Shown: piece after piece, positions 50,829 to 64,000 of the stretch
How positions within the stretch are numbered: the stretch's first letter is position 1
Layout: every line of letters starts with the position of its first letter
Assembly: GCF_022045235.1 (NCBI RefSeq)
Contig: NW_027266264.1
Span: forward strand, 54,684,001 to 54,748,000
From: Haliotis cracherodii
Lineage: Eukaryota
Direction: 5' to 3'
DNA length: 64,000 nucleotides
Program-made: the position numbers and the translations under genes
Notes under the pieces: model-generated
What the model saw: the letters and a program-made list of their open reading frames with translations, nothing else
Database searches by the model: none
What the model was told of the DNA's origin: nothing

Positions 50829-53800
50829 GAGACATACCCTACCCTTCGTCTGTACTCGCGCCTATCGCTACACCGTCTCCCAATGCAATCTTGAAACGTG
50901 AATGACTATGCTTTCTTTGATAATTCCACCACCTTTCTGTGTTTGTTTAGAAAATATTCATATATTTAAACAACAAATATCACAGTCCATTTTGTAAATA
51001 GGCAGTGTAAACCTCTACGTTTCTATTGCAAACAAATAACATATTATCATAAAGTTTCAGCGGAGCATTTGACTCTATTCAGTAAGACAGTGCTTTGAAT
51101 CTGTCCTTGCATTGATCTCCTTTCAACTGGGTTCTTAAGAGCCGGTGATATATGTTATAAAGCACACAATTAACATGCTTGAAGCGTGGGGCGATATAAC
51201 GGGACCGAAAACTAGCGAGTTCTCACAGGCGTGCAATGCCTGACTTAGACATGTTTCGTTATGCGAACAATTAACACCGGGTTATGGGCGTAACAATCAT
51301 GAACATTTGGATTCATAGTATGTTTCCTAAATGTTAATTTCATCGAGTAGTCTCTCCCATCTTTTCCAATAATCAACAAGCGGTGGTAGAATAACTGAAC
51401 CTGTCTGTCTATATACGTTGAGATCGTGTATGGTGCTTAGCAATCATTATTTATCTATTAATTAAGTACAATTTTGCAACGTCGGTGAACAGGCGCAGCC
51501 CATGCTGTTGTCCTCCAATTAACTTGTCCAATGATACCTTTGAATTCTGAATAATTCAATGCAAGGGAATATCGTAAACAACATGAATTTCATATTTAAC
51601 AAAGGACTTATCGCCAATTTCTATTGCATTTAAAGGGTTCATTTGGAATCAGTTCAATGCCTTCATTGATTCAAACATGCTGAACGATATAAGATACTGT
51701 TGATCCTAAAACAAAGGATTACTTTATATTCAACGAATCAGTTATCTTGCTCTTAAAGTAATATAACCTTAGCGATCCCAGCTTGGACACGTCAAAACAG
51801 ATATACGCTCAACGATAAGACTACCTTTCAAGGAGGGCGCAGAAATAAAATCAAATCCCCGAACTGTCTTTATTGTGCTACTGAATTGGTAGTCTGAGCA
51901 ATAATAGGCGCTGGGAGAAATGTCACTCAGTCAAGAATATATATAGTCGGCGTGGTGGATAGCTTTGAAATGAACGTTTAACACGCGCTTTTCATTGAGA
52001 TGAATAGGGAAGTAAATGCCTTGTTGTGCTTTGGATGTCCACAGGCAACTCATTTACAGCATGGGGTCTCCGTCTCTCAATAGTATTTGTATGCTGGCAA
52101 TCGCACAGTGCAGTTCGATTAAAGCTTTTAAGTCGTTTCATTAGATACCTATTTTCCAATTTCAAAATAACTTTTTATCTAATAATTAGTTCTATTTATG
52201 GCAACTTCGCGGTAGGGTGTTTGAAGGCTATGTACGTTGATTTACTACACCACGGATGACTTCAGAGTAAGACAAGGTGAACGTGTGTTCAGTCAAACAA
52301 AAACTGAGCATCTTACTTCTAAAAATATTATGTAAATAAATGAAGCTGTTCATTTGATTAACTCTGATTTTTTGTGTAATGTGTGAATGAATAAATATTG
52401 GCCCTTTGCAGCAGCTAGTAAAGACAGCAAAGCTTTTCTTAGTTTTGGTATCAAATCTGCACCGTATTTGAGACAAGCAAACGTACTAGAATTATTCAAA
52501 GTGTTTACTTTGTCATACTATATATGATTATCTTAATTGATATTCTGTGATAATTTAGATTAACATTTATGTGATGAAGAGAAATTAAAACTTTTACTCT
52601 GCCAGACTATTTCTCGAAACATTATTTTTCGATTTTATCTTTTGACACTTACAGTTACGTAAAGATTTGTGAAATCAGACGCATAGCTATAGTCTTGATC
52701 AATACAGCATAAAACGCAATCTGATGCCAACCGCTCATAGCTTAGCAATCATTGTGAACTGTTAGTGGATTTTACAGATGTTAATAAAGTGTGCAAATAT
52801 TGAATGGCACAACTCTGATCTCGGGATCGTTAATTATACACCATGTCGATGAAAGAAATAATGAAATTTGGCCCCCTGGGGAAAATATTGTAACAGCACG
52901 AAATTGGCCTTGGTTAGAACACGATTTACACTGTGATTGGAGTCCAACGTCATGCTATCCGCTGGCTATTGTAATTGGCTGTGTATGTTTTAGATATTAC
53001 ATATAGCAATATTTGGGAAATGCCCAGAAGCGGATATAAATGTATCACTTTCTCCTTAGTTCGGAGCGTGCTAGAAGGTATATAGAACCACCTCAGGTTG
53101 ATTCAGTAGAGATACAAATACTCCCAGAGGAAGCTACATCCTTGGCATGCGGTTAATTCATAACAAAGGCTCCGCCGGTTACTGTAAAACTCTCTTTACT
53201 TCGGGGACCCTGTCGTGTAGTAAATAACTTTTGTGTTAACATATTACCGTGATACTCGTGTATGGCGAAAGTCATTTCTAACCGGCAGCACTTGTCGTTT
53301 TTAATGACATGATTGTGGTCGACATTCGGAGATTTGTTTATGTGTCATTAACACATAAATCAAGACATCCCACAGTTATTTATGTTGCATTGTGTATATC
53401 GATCTTTTACCTGATCAATATTTTCGAAAGGAATCACACGATTCAATGGAATACACAGACATATGTTTCTAACTCTCTTCTAGTAATTGTATTGACCTTT
53501 TAATATAAATCCGTTAAACTTATTGTACAATATAACGTAATCTCCAGAGAATTATGAGCATCGATTATCCACCGAAACATATTGTACTTGGCGTAAAAGG
53601 TAAAATAGCGGAAACAACTGAATGATCACTGAAAATCGGTGATGATACCGGTATTTCACGGAAAGGGTAAAGCATGTTCTGCCCTACAGGTAACACCCGT
53701 CACTCACATAATTTACATAAAAAGTAAGGGTTGCCCCATGGGTTTTACGCTAGTAGTATAGATGGTATGATCATGATTTACTGTCGGAGGAAATTCAAGA

Positions 53801-54684
53801 GTGACCTTTTCCATTTTATTGAATCTCATTGTTCTGACACTATTGAATATACTTGGGACAAAGTATTCAAAATTACCATCAGCAGATCCTGACGCGACTA
53901 AAGGCTGTAACTCTGAATTGCAGCACCACAGACGATTGGGACACTCACGCCTCCTATAATCTTGAAGAAGAAAAGACACGCGTGCAAAACTATATCTTTC
54001 TTTTCTGGCATCTGGCCGAAAATCTCACGTTCACCTTGTAATATGCCCTTTGTCTGAATGGTGATATCTATAAACACACTCTAAACATAGTGTTAGTTTT
54101 GACTGAACTGTCACTGTAATCACCACTTCCGTAATATATCTGATGAAACCAGACGCATTATAGAGACAGTAGTGATCCTCCAACAGGTGCAGTCATGTGA
54201 AGGTAACCTTCACACACAGTAAAACATTCGGCTTATATCTAAGTGGATAGGTTACTCATACTGCATCTTACTGTATCCTGTATCCTTATCACTATGTTCA
54301 CTTTAAATCATGAAGTCCACGATAATACAACAAATCAATGTCAATCTTATTTTCATTGTTCCCTACTGTAGATTCACTGTACGGCTAGGTGAATAGATAT
54401 GCAGTGTACGTCTAGCTCTCGGCGTAAGTAATTAGAGATTTAATAAATACATATCATATTGCTTTTAACAAGATACAAATTAGTCCCGTTCATACTGTCG
54501 TCGATGTTGTACAGCATCACATCACTACGAATATACATATTCTGTTTTCATGCTAATATTATTAATACATACAGGAGACAGACAATCCTGAGCCACACGA
54601 TGTGTAACCCAACGCAGTCCAAGGCTATTTTCCCTTGGAAATATCATTTGATGGAAATATTTGGTCACACCTGACTGGAGGAAT

Positions 54685-54882
54685 ATCAGCAACTCATGCT
54701 TGTCGTAAGAGGCGACTTGCGGGATCGAGTGGTCAGGCAAGCTGACTTGGTTGATGCATGTCCAATTGTGTTCATGATGTCAATCATTGGACAATCTGGT
54801 CAAGTCTCGATTATTTACAGACCGCCGTCTTATGGCTGGAATATTACTTAGTTCGGCGTTAAACAACAAACAAACAAACAAT
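54685..54882 (+). mobile_element. SINE-like family C copy
   Basis: catgcttgtcgtaagaggcgact..gggatcgagtggtcagg..ggaatatt..cggcgttaaacaacaaac. Confidence 0.8.
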
Positions 54883-55084
54883 AAAATGTATAAAGTGACA
54901 TTGACCTGAAGCTCTCTTGACGTACATAATACCTAATGTATCGCATGTGCCTAAAATATGTTGTATTAGTTATGCACCGAATTAATGATCATCATTACTT
55001 CTTGAACTTGGCACCAGACAATAAACAATCATGCAAAGAACTATAAATTTACCTTGAAGATTTCTGAATCCGGAGGTGTACAAG

Positions 55085-55420
55085 CAAATGGAACCAGATT
55101 CATGTACTGGTATTGTAGATTGATTGTTATCGAACTTGTGTAGATGTAGGTGGACTGTGGGATAAAATCGTGGAATTGTAGATATTAAACTTGATTATCG
55201 AACTGGAATCATAGATGGAGCTCTATTAATTATCGAACCGGAGTTAAAGGGGGAACTGAATTATCGAACTTCGATCGCAGGGGGATGTACCATGCGTGAT
55301 GACAGTTGATTATATACCTGATTATACCTGTATGGGTAGACGGAACTAGATTATTAAGTTCAATGAAACTTAATGGAACTGGAATATCAAACTTGATTTG
55401 CAGAATTGTAGATGGAACAG
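55085..55420. repeat. Degenerate ~30-bp tandem repeat
   Basis: Recurrent ttatcgaact / tagatggaac motifs. Confidence 0.55.
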
Positions 55421-58400
55421 AAGGGTTGGAGTTGGATACGTGAGTTCATTTGATAAAAAGGGTGGAATATGTGGACGAGACATAGAAGCTGACGTGTGGG
55501 TGGAAATGTCCATTACAAAGTCGTCGGGTAAATGGAGCATGCTGGCCCAGCTATTAATCGTAAAGTGTGAACACTAGCCGTGTGTACTGATTGTGGATAA
55601 GAAGGACATCACCGGAATACATAATTATACATGATATATTGACCGGAATTGGAAATCAAAGAAATAACTTTATCCAGCTCATCGATTGCCTATTCTTATC
55701 TATGCATATTAATTCAAGATAGTGGATATCTCTGCGTTGGGGATTTATGATAAAAGGCCGAGTTCAATTTTCCCCTCAGGTTAGGTAATATTCCTTATGT
55801 CCAGACATTGGGTGTTTGCTCTTCACATTCATGGTGGTACTGAGACTTTTTATACTGATTTCGAAAAACGTAACAGACTACTAGCAAGGACATTAATTTA
55901 TCAAGGTCGTGAAAAGGTGGCCTATGGGTCTCATAAAAGGGTTTTGTTATAAATACTCTGAATTATTGTGCGTATTTGTCAGTACTGGGAGGGAGGGGGG
56001 GTGTTCTGGATTCTCAGTCCTTTCCTCATTTGTCATTTTTTTAGTTTATTGCTTTTGTGTAAACATGAGATCGTTTTTGACAGCACTTATGAAAACATAC
56101 ATGAATATTCCTGGGAAAAGATATATATCTTAATGTATTGTAATCGAAGTGTCTGTTCCCATTAAAATGGCATTAAGCATACACAAACACGGAATTAGTA
56201 AAAACGACATGAATCACGACATTTGAATCTAGCTGTAATTATAAAAATAACTTTTTGAAACCATTAGAATCATGAGACTGAAGGAACTAAAATGTCAGTT
56301 TCCATTGGAGTTTTCACTGTTATACATAGAAATGACATTTATAACATTGTCTAAATTGCCATATGCTGCAAAGTGCTTGCGTTTCTTGTGCCATGGTTTC
56401 CAAGTAAGTGGATGTGTCTCGTTAGGAAACCGATTTCATTTGGATGTATGCAGTTGGCAGCTTAAATCGTGAACTGACTGTTCTCTACAGTTGCTCATTA
56501 ATGCAGATAACGTATGCAAAGACCTATTGAAACAACTGTATATCTATGTTCTACAACAAATATTTTATGACACTGATCTTGCCTTGCTTTATGTAAACAC
56601 GTGGGTATGAAGAGTATTTCAGTTTTATAACGTTGTGGTTAATGTTGAAAGAAAGTGGCGAATGTTAAAGACGTTTAAACTAAATCTAATCCCACGAGGA
56701 TGTCAAGGTGCTGACAGACCGACGACATCATATCAAAGTCAAAAGTTTCATTCCCCTATCTCTCGGGATTTAAACACGCAAAACCAAAACCCAGCATCTA
56801 GCAAAATCAGGACATGTGAAAAGGCATTAAACGAGTTTAAATGATTCCAGATGAAGAAATCCTCAGACCTTTGGCATTTATGTTGTCAATCCTTCTCGAG
56901 GAAAGGATAGTTTTTTTCCAAAATCAGTATTAGGGGGTGGTATATCTAAAGTCGGTGTATGCAAACAGCTCAATCTTCTACTGCCAAAGAGCTCCCTGTT
57001 TCATCAGAACCTTGCCCCAGACGTCCAAGTTCATATACAGCACAGTGAGGTATTGGCATCTAATACATCAGACCTCATAGGACTGACAGTTGGCGCTCCA
57101 GCAGGGGACAAATTGCCTCTAGAACTGAGCGCGACCTGTGGAACCAGCAATTATTTCAATCACTGTGTCGTCCCATGTATCTAATTGAGGACTTTACTAT
57201 TCATTCGGACACGGAGGTAGCCCATCAGGGTTTGGAAATATCCGACTGAAGTTGGAGGTCTGACTGACTACAATCGTCATTCATGGACGTACATGCATCG
57301 ATATTGCTGAAACCCAGTCAGAGAGGAAACGGGTTAAACGTCACTACATTAAATGTCAAAGGGAAATTTGTGTTAAGCTGCGTTGATTGAAATTAAACAC
57401 TTGGACGTCTACATAAACCTTATTCATTATTTCGAAGCGATGTGATGCATGGCAATCCGTGAAGCGAATGCCTCGATACATGAGCATAACACGTCTTGTA
57501 AGCGAGCAATAGTATCGATAAACTAATACACAAATATAATATTGGAAAAGGATAATAATTGTATTTGCTACAATAGTAAAATAACAAAGAGCCAATACAA
57601 TGTGTAAGTGAATTGAAACGGGTGCAAGAAAACCTAATAAAACAAACATCTTCTATATGTTATCTTATTGTGTTACATTGAACACATGTAAAATTGGTAT
57701 GAAATCACTTCAAAATTGCAGATAGATTCAAATAGTCGCTTTGGGCTTTCAGAAATAGTCTGTAGGTTAGACAGAACCACTTGTAACCATCACGTAAGTG
57801 TCCCGATACAGACACTTCATCCACCATTACCTCAGGCTATGAACAAGCTCAATGAAGAAGCTGCTTACACAAACTTGGTCCCATCCACTTATATCGATTC
57901 AAACAAATTGGAATCTCATATTCAGCACAATACTTTTTAATCCTGTATACACATTCAAATGAAATTCAGCGACACAGTGCAGGCGTTCTTTGTCATTCTA
58001 AGTTAATATGTTTTTTAAACAAATTAAAGTGAGCACAACTAATGATGAATCAGCACATCCAGAAATAGTCAATCTCTCAGGGTCCCAATCAATAGCATAT
58101 GACACAACATCCAGTGCAACGCCTCAGAATGAAGAACCTGATTTTAACAGAGCCAATTCGAAACTGCTTTCCCTAATCCTTACAAACACGTGGGAAATAT
58201 AACGCACTCGATCACAAAATTCTTGGAAGCATGTTCACTGACTCATGATGGTAATAAAGTGTGATGGAATGCTGCACACGCATTAACTGGAGATAAGTTA
58301 TCAGCGATAACTCTTCCATGTAGGACAGCATGCCAGGTATCTAAGTGATATAATAGCTCCTGGAATCATTTACTTAGCTTTATACTGCCTGGTTGGCTGC

Positions 58401-59734
58401 AGAAGGGGCTTTATCATATCTACAATGATTTAATTTCAGTTAATTTGTGTCATGGATTGAAACTTTAAAAAGCCTCTGGTATAATGATTACTTTTAGGTT
58501 CTTGTTTCCTGTGTGAAGTGTTAGGCCTGTTTTCAAGCCACTAGCAACGTTATACGTTTTTAAGTAGGTTCAGATTTTTCCAATACCAAACGGATTTTCC
58601 GTCAAAGTATGTTCTATTTTCGAACTACACCTGTTCAATGTACATGTTACAGAGTTACATTGATTAAGCTGGACATAAGTACAGAAGATAACGGTGCACA
58701 GGAGATCGTTGACAACCTATTACTACTAATTATATGTTCATGCACTATATTAATACAACCTGACAAGAAGGGAAACTGCACTAAACCAATTAAACATAGT
58801 AAACTTTTAATTATGATACAATTAAAAGAATAAAATAGTCATGCTTATATTTTCTTTGTTCAGAAAATAAAATGATATAATAATTCGATATTCTATGAAA
58901 ATAATGATCAGATTGTAATTTACATACATGTATAATAATACACTACTGTTGCGTATGATAGACTGGGCACCACACATTTAAAGATAGGTTCGAATCGAGG
59001 TCGAGCTCTTTTGAAATCTGTACGTTTAGTTTTGTAACTGTCTCTGGGCCACTACCAGTATCCTGATACAAATTGTATCGTCTCTAATGGGACGTGACAA
59101 CCCTATCGAACCTCCCTAGGAAATGCATTTTTATTCATAGTGAGTGAGTTTGGTTTTACGTCACTTTCAGAAATATTTAAGTTATGGAAGCATATGTAGC
59201 TTGACTAAAGCTACGATAAACAAACTTAGATATCCCTAGCGACTACAGAATAAATACACCTCGAGGCTTCGAGGGTCATGGTACCTTCGGCTATTGATGT
59301 TAATCGTGGAGTGCGTATAATTTCTTGGCCCTTCAAAGTGAAGCGTAAACACGTGAACACTGTCTTTTGTGAAGATTTAAGCTACTTAATAATAAATTAC
59401 TAAGCGCCTGATTTCTAACTTGAATAGCTGCTCAACGGCACTAAATAGTTATATGTTTATTTATCAAGCACCAAACCAACAACTTTAAACATGCTCAAAA
59501 CGATACGCCTTTACTTCGGTCAGGGGATGTGTGCGTACTCGAATTTCATTCCAACTCCCTGTTGGGTATACAACATTATAAGGTGCTAAAAAGTTTTCAG
59601 TCACATTACAATCTAATCCTACCGGGTACCCAGTTATTGCCGAGTGAGCTTAGGTATATATTCAGACAACACTTGGGCTTCCCTGTGTTGCAGAGCCGTA
59701 GCCCTAGAAACTCTCATGAGCTGTTTACAGTATA

Positions 59735-59934
59735 TTTAACACTGCACTTAGCATTATTCCAGCTTATTCGCAGCGATCTGTAAATAATGGAATCTGGAAT
59801 TGTCACTGTGCAGTGATCGGCATCATGAGCATCGATATATGTAAATATGCCTTAACCAAGTCAGTGAGTCTGTGTCGCTTATTACGATAACCATGGGTTG
59901 TTGAAGACCAATTCTAAGCCGGATCTTCACGGGG
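59735..59934 (-). mobile_element. SINE-like family C copy with internal deletion
   Basis: catgggttgttgaagacc..ccggatcttcacgggg head and tail-region match. Confidence 0.7.
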
Positions 59935-60489
59935 CGTTTTATATCCAAACCAGAGATTAATATTATGACCAATGTCTCATGCCGTCGGGGAACTATATAT
60001 GACACGCAATTAACCAAACCATCGAGCCTCATAAAGACATGCATGTATTGACGGGACCTGTACTAGCCTGGTGTCCCTGAAGGGACACAATTAATAAGTC
60101 AACCCACCACCTTGTGACATCGATCATGCTGTGCACACTGTAAGCATACCATACTATGGATATAACGCATTGGTCCAGCAAACACACTGAGCCGATATGC
60201 TTAGTTGATATGAAACCAATCAATCAATTATTATCTGTGCCGCATATCATGATAACAAAGCCACTCAAAAAGCAATTGGTGGAGTGCCCATGTGAAATAT
60301 AACAATAGCATCGTGCCCTATGTCTATTCCTACCTTCTAAACCATAAAGTCAATATTCTCAGTTGTCCTAAGCTGCATTGTATGAGTAACGCGTCAAGGT
60401 GAGACTAGAAATATGGCAATGTGCCTACTCACAAAGATTCGTTTTGTAGTCCAAAATTCGAGGAAAACTTATTACTTTACTAAGGTGGT

Positions 60490-60626
60490 AAGTGAGCTGG
60501 GTTTTCGCCACGTTGCCCAGAATTTTAGTTATATCACGCCGCGTCAGTCTAATAGAAATGCAGGTCGTAGACGTTTACCACTTTGGTGAAACCAACGAGC
60601 ACGGGAATGGTGCTGACAGACCTAGG
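60490..60626 (-). mobile_element. SINE family A, 5'-truncated degenerate copy
   Basis: tttaccactttggtgaaacc..gagcacgggaatggtgctgacagacctag matches the family A body. Confidence 0.7.
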
Positions 60627-62671
60627 ACCTAATCAACTGAGACCTGATCCAGACTAATACTAATAACACCACTACATTAGTACTCTAGGCATCTGCAGTC
60701 TCTTTGCAATTTCATCTGTGTTCTACCAGTAACCTGCACTTTTGCAACAATAAAATTTCAATGGCATCGATTTGAATTAATGAAACCAGAGATATTATAT
60801 CAACAACCTTGCATTCCGCGTGATTTGTTTCAATATAGCCAATTCTTGTAGGACAAGTATCAAGTGGGTTTTTTAAAGGGTCATATTTCTGCTGTGGAAT
60901 TCTAAGAACAGAAATGGATTGCTCGTTATTCTTATGCACCAAGATGTATGGTGAAAGTGATTGCCTCGAAATTGAAAGCCAACTATACGAAGGTCGCAGT
61001 GTGACTTTATGAGTTTATGATAATGGGCCTCCGAGCCCGCACTCCTGAATTTGTTTTAAGCACAGGGACAGCGTTCGGAGACGCTGTACTTCCTGTCTGG
61101 GACACGCCAATAGATTCAGATGTCCGCGACGATACAAGAGCGAAGGAAACACGACAAGCATGCATGTAATTCCCTTTCCATCGTTCACCTGACAGGGCTA
61201 TTATAACGCATGTCTGGACCTAACAGAATGTCCTATACACGCCAGCATACAGCCCCAGACACTACATGTGCCACAATCGTCTCTGATCAATACTTCGACA
61301 AATGGCCTTCCCGCGAGATGTTAACGCCAAGAGAAGAAGCTAAACTACCTGCATATTAGCTAAGTGGATCACACGTACAACTGACGTGGTGTAAAATTAT
61401 GACAATGGATTTCAACTTTCATGAATGCTTTCTTTTTGGATTATGAGACATATGTGACATGTGTATTTCAAGAAGATTTATGTATTTTCCTTATGTTCGG
61501 GGTGGGTGCCACCGGTAGGGCAGGACACGTTCACTTTTTAGAGGATACTTGGTACCATCACTATTTGATAATGACTCATTATCATTAAATGTGTCATGAT
61601 CGGAGTGGCACAATGATTATACGATTATTGAAATGGTTGTGTCGCTTATATTTTGTTGAATGTTTTCTTGCATAATCTGTTCAGTATCACTATAAGTGTA
61701 GAGACAAAGCTGAATCCATATGAGAACATTCCATTTGATCTGTCAATATATGAAGATTTTCCTTAAGAAAGAGTGGTTTCCAGATGGTGAGTTCAGATGA
61801 GATAACCTGACATCTTCAGAGAACACACAAATGGGTTCTCTTAAACTGCTGATTCGCATGTGTCTGAATATCAGTTTGCAATTTGGAAAATCGATTACGT
61901 ACAAGTGAAATCATTATCTGAAATCGGGTCAAAGAAAAACTCACATGATTTGCAAATGTCTGCAAATCAAGCAAACACAATCTGTCAAGACCCTTGTATT
62001 TCCAAGTGATTCATTGTTCACATATGGTGGTAACAGATCAAACAGTACTTTTTGCCTCGACCTAGATGGTTGAGGTCTTGAGAAGAGTAGGCTCTCTGTC
62101 TCGGTCCTCGGTCCCCCTATCACTAAAAGCTGTGCATTCCAGCAGGTCAAATAGTATTCCAAATCGATACCACACATTCATAGTGCTGTGGAATCCTTTT
62201 CCATGTGGGTTTTGATAACAATCAAGCAGACTGATGCTTACAGTGGTGTACAGTCAGTGGTAGTCCTGGTAGTAGTGGTAGTTCTAGCCATGCAAACAGC
62301 TTCAAATAACCTTTTAATGTCCAGGAAATGTAACTTCCTACGTTTCTCGATTTTGTCCTTACTATACTTCCCAGGCACCTTGGTCCAATAATTTGAATGG
62401 ATTAATGAAAGGTCCACCATGACATGGACCACCATTGCAGAAAAAGGAGGCCAAATTTCAACACTAAAAGCTTATATAATGTATATACTACTCTTGACAT
62501 GAATTAATACCGAGACAGCTTATAATATTTTCATATTCATACTGAAGTCGAACCACATTGTAAGGAACTCCTGGGAGCCAGAGAAATAGTTCGACATATC
62601 CGGTCTGCGAGATATCTCGACTTGATTACCATCTGACCAAGCCATCAGACAACAGAAAACGAACATACCAT

Positions 62672-62748
62672 ATCTCGATTATTTACAGACTGCCGTCATA
62701 TAGCTGGAATATTGCTGAATGCGGCGTTAAACAACAAATAAACAAACA
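62672..62748 (+). mobile_element. SINE-like family C 3' fragment
   Basis: tcgattatttacagactgccgtcatatagctggaatattgctgaatgcggcgttaaacaac. Confidence 0.75.
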
Positions 62749-63467
62749 TCACTTCTGGTTCACCCTTTATAGGACCGTAATTATAAAAAAACATGCATTG
62801 AATGGAGTCACCATGTAAGTTGCATTCATGTAAGGCCATATTGCCCACAGGCGCTGAAAGTTATATGTTATATTTCCATCCATATTGTAAAAAAGTATAT
62901 GAGTGAATGTTGTTGTTATGTTGTCTTTTTTATGTGGGAGCCCAAGTACGAGTCCAATGAACTTTAAAGAACAATTCTAAGAACTTTAAATAATCATCCA
63001 TGGAAATTATAACCATATCAAAGCACACCTCTAGAAGAATAACAAAACGTGGATGCCCACCTAACTGTGGCTTCTGAAAAGATTTTCGTAGATTTGTCCT
63101 TCTGTGACTGAAAAACTCTGCAAAACCTTTATTGTTCCGGGGCCAAGTAGTTTCAGAGGACACTTTGAACATTAATTCACTCTCTTTCAGATACACATGT
63201 ACATGTTTTTTTCATATTCATGCAATGAACAATGTCCCTCTGCCAGAATGGCCCAACGCATGTTCATAAAGGTTTAGCTCCCGAAACCCAGCTTCTATTT
63301 TCTTTAATTTGAATTTAGCTTTCAAGGTATTTTCGTTATTCAGGCGCTACACATCCATTGACTGTTAAGGTTCATTCGTTTAGTTGGTCCGAAGAAGTAA
63401 AAATGTCATCAGACATGCGATGGGTGAATAAATTAAACTCCTTAAGTATTAAGTGCACAATGAACAA

Positions 63468-63861
63468 AAGGTGAGATTAGGTGAAATGGGGTTCAAGATT
63501 ACTGCACTTATATAGCGACGTGCATGCACGCGCGTGTGCGTGCATGCGTGCGTGCATGCGTGCATGCGTGCGTGTGTGTGTGTGTGTGTGCTTGTCCTAG
63601 TTCGGACAAATGCCGACATTATAGTGATAGCCCCCTGCGATACAATGCTGCAGTGAACATGAATATCCCACTCAGACACAGTTTAGTTACTCCGAGCCGA
63701 CCAGTCCGTAAGCTTGTTTTAGACACTCAATGCCGTGATTCAGGGAAAGGGGGAATACAAGTACCAGCTATGAAAGTCTTTTGGTATGACACGGCCGGGG
63801 TTCAATCCCCGACCATCCGCTCTCAATGGGGACGCCCTACCCCTACACCACGGAGGCGGTC
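63468..63861 (-). mobile_element. SINE family D copy with internal (GCAT)/(GT) microsatellite
   Basis: Minus-strand gtgtcataccaaaagactttcat..ggtacttg core, tRNA-like head, cacct tail. Confidence 0.75.
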
Positions 63862-64000
63862 CAATTAACATAACATATTTGCATTTATGTGACTCTGATG
63901 TTATAAAGCGATGATGTCAGTGATACAGGCGTGTAGATGTACAGAACTGCGTCCCTTCAGATTGCCAAATATATAACATGATCTTGGGTTTGGGCTTTCC

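Noticed and set aside
53895-53965. Minus-strand IIGG..CG peptide reminiscent of a trypsin N-terminus
   Set aside because: Wrong motif spacing, early stop, no other protease exons.
61941-62435. Minus-strand ORF fragments possibly from a LINE endonuclease
   Set aside because: No diagnostic motif strong enough to call.

Overview
Eukaryotic, AT-rich, repeat-dense animal DNA, most likely from a gastropod mollusc such as abalone (inferred from the SINE types and the receptor type). One complete protein-coding gene is supported: a 5-exon Cys-loop (nicotinic acetylcholine receptor family) subunit on the minus strand, CDS 50364->34651, 521 aa, with all four introns GT-AG and phase-consistent. It has the cation-type GEK motif and keeps the loop A/B/C/D aromatics but lacks the loop-C vicinal cysteines, so it is formally a non-alpha subunit. 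The rest is intergenic or intronic: a nearly intact Tc1 (DD34E) element with two nonsense codons, a mariner relic, an R4/Dong-like LINE relic, MITEs, a solo LTR nested in a SINE, four SINE-like families (three sharing one 3' tail), and several mini- and microsatellites that generate most of the long spurious ORFs. The best leads are the atypical receptor subunit, a composite around the Tc1 (inverted arms plus direct repeats with a hammerhead-ribozyme-like core), and a tRNA-headless retroposon with a pseudoknot-capable 5' end. No prokaryotic-type system (CRISPR, operon) is present, and no new biological system can be established from the sequence alone.
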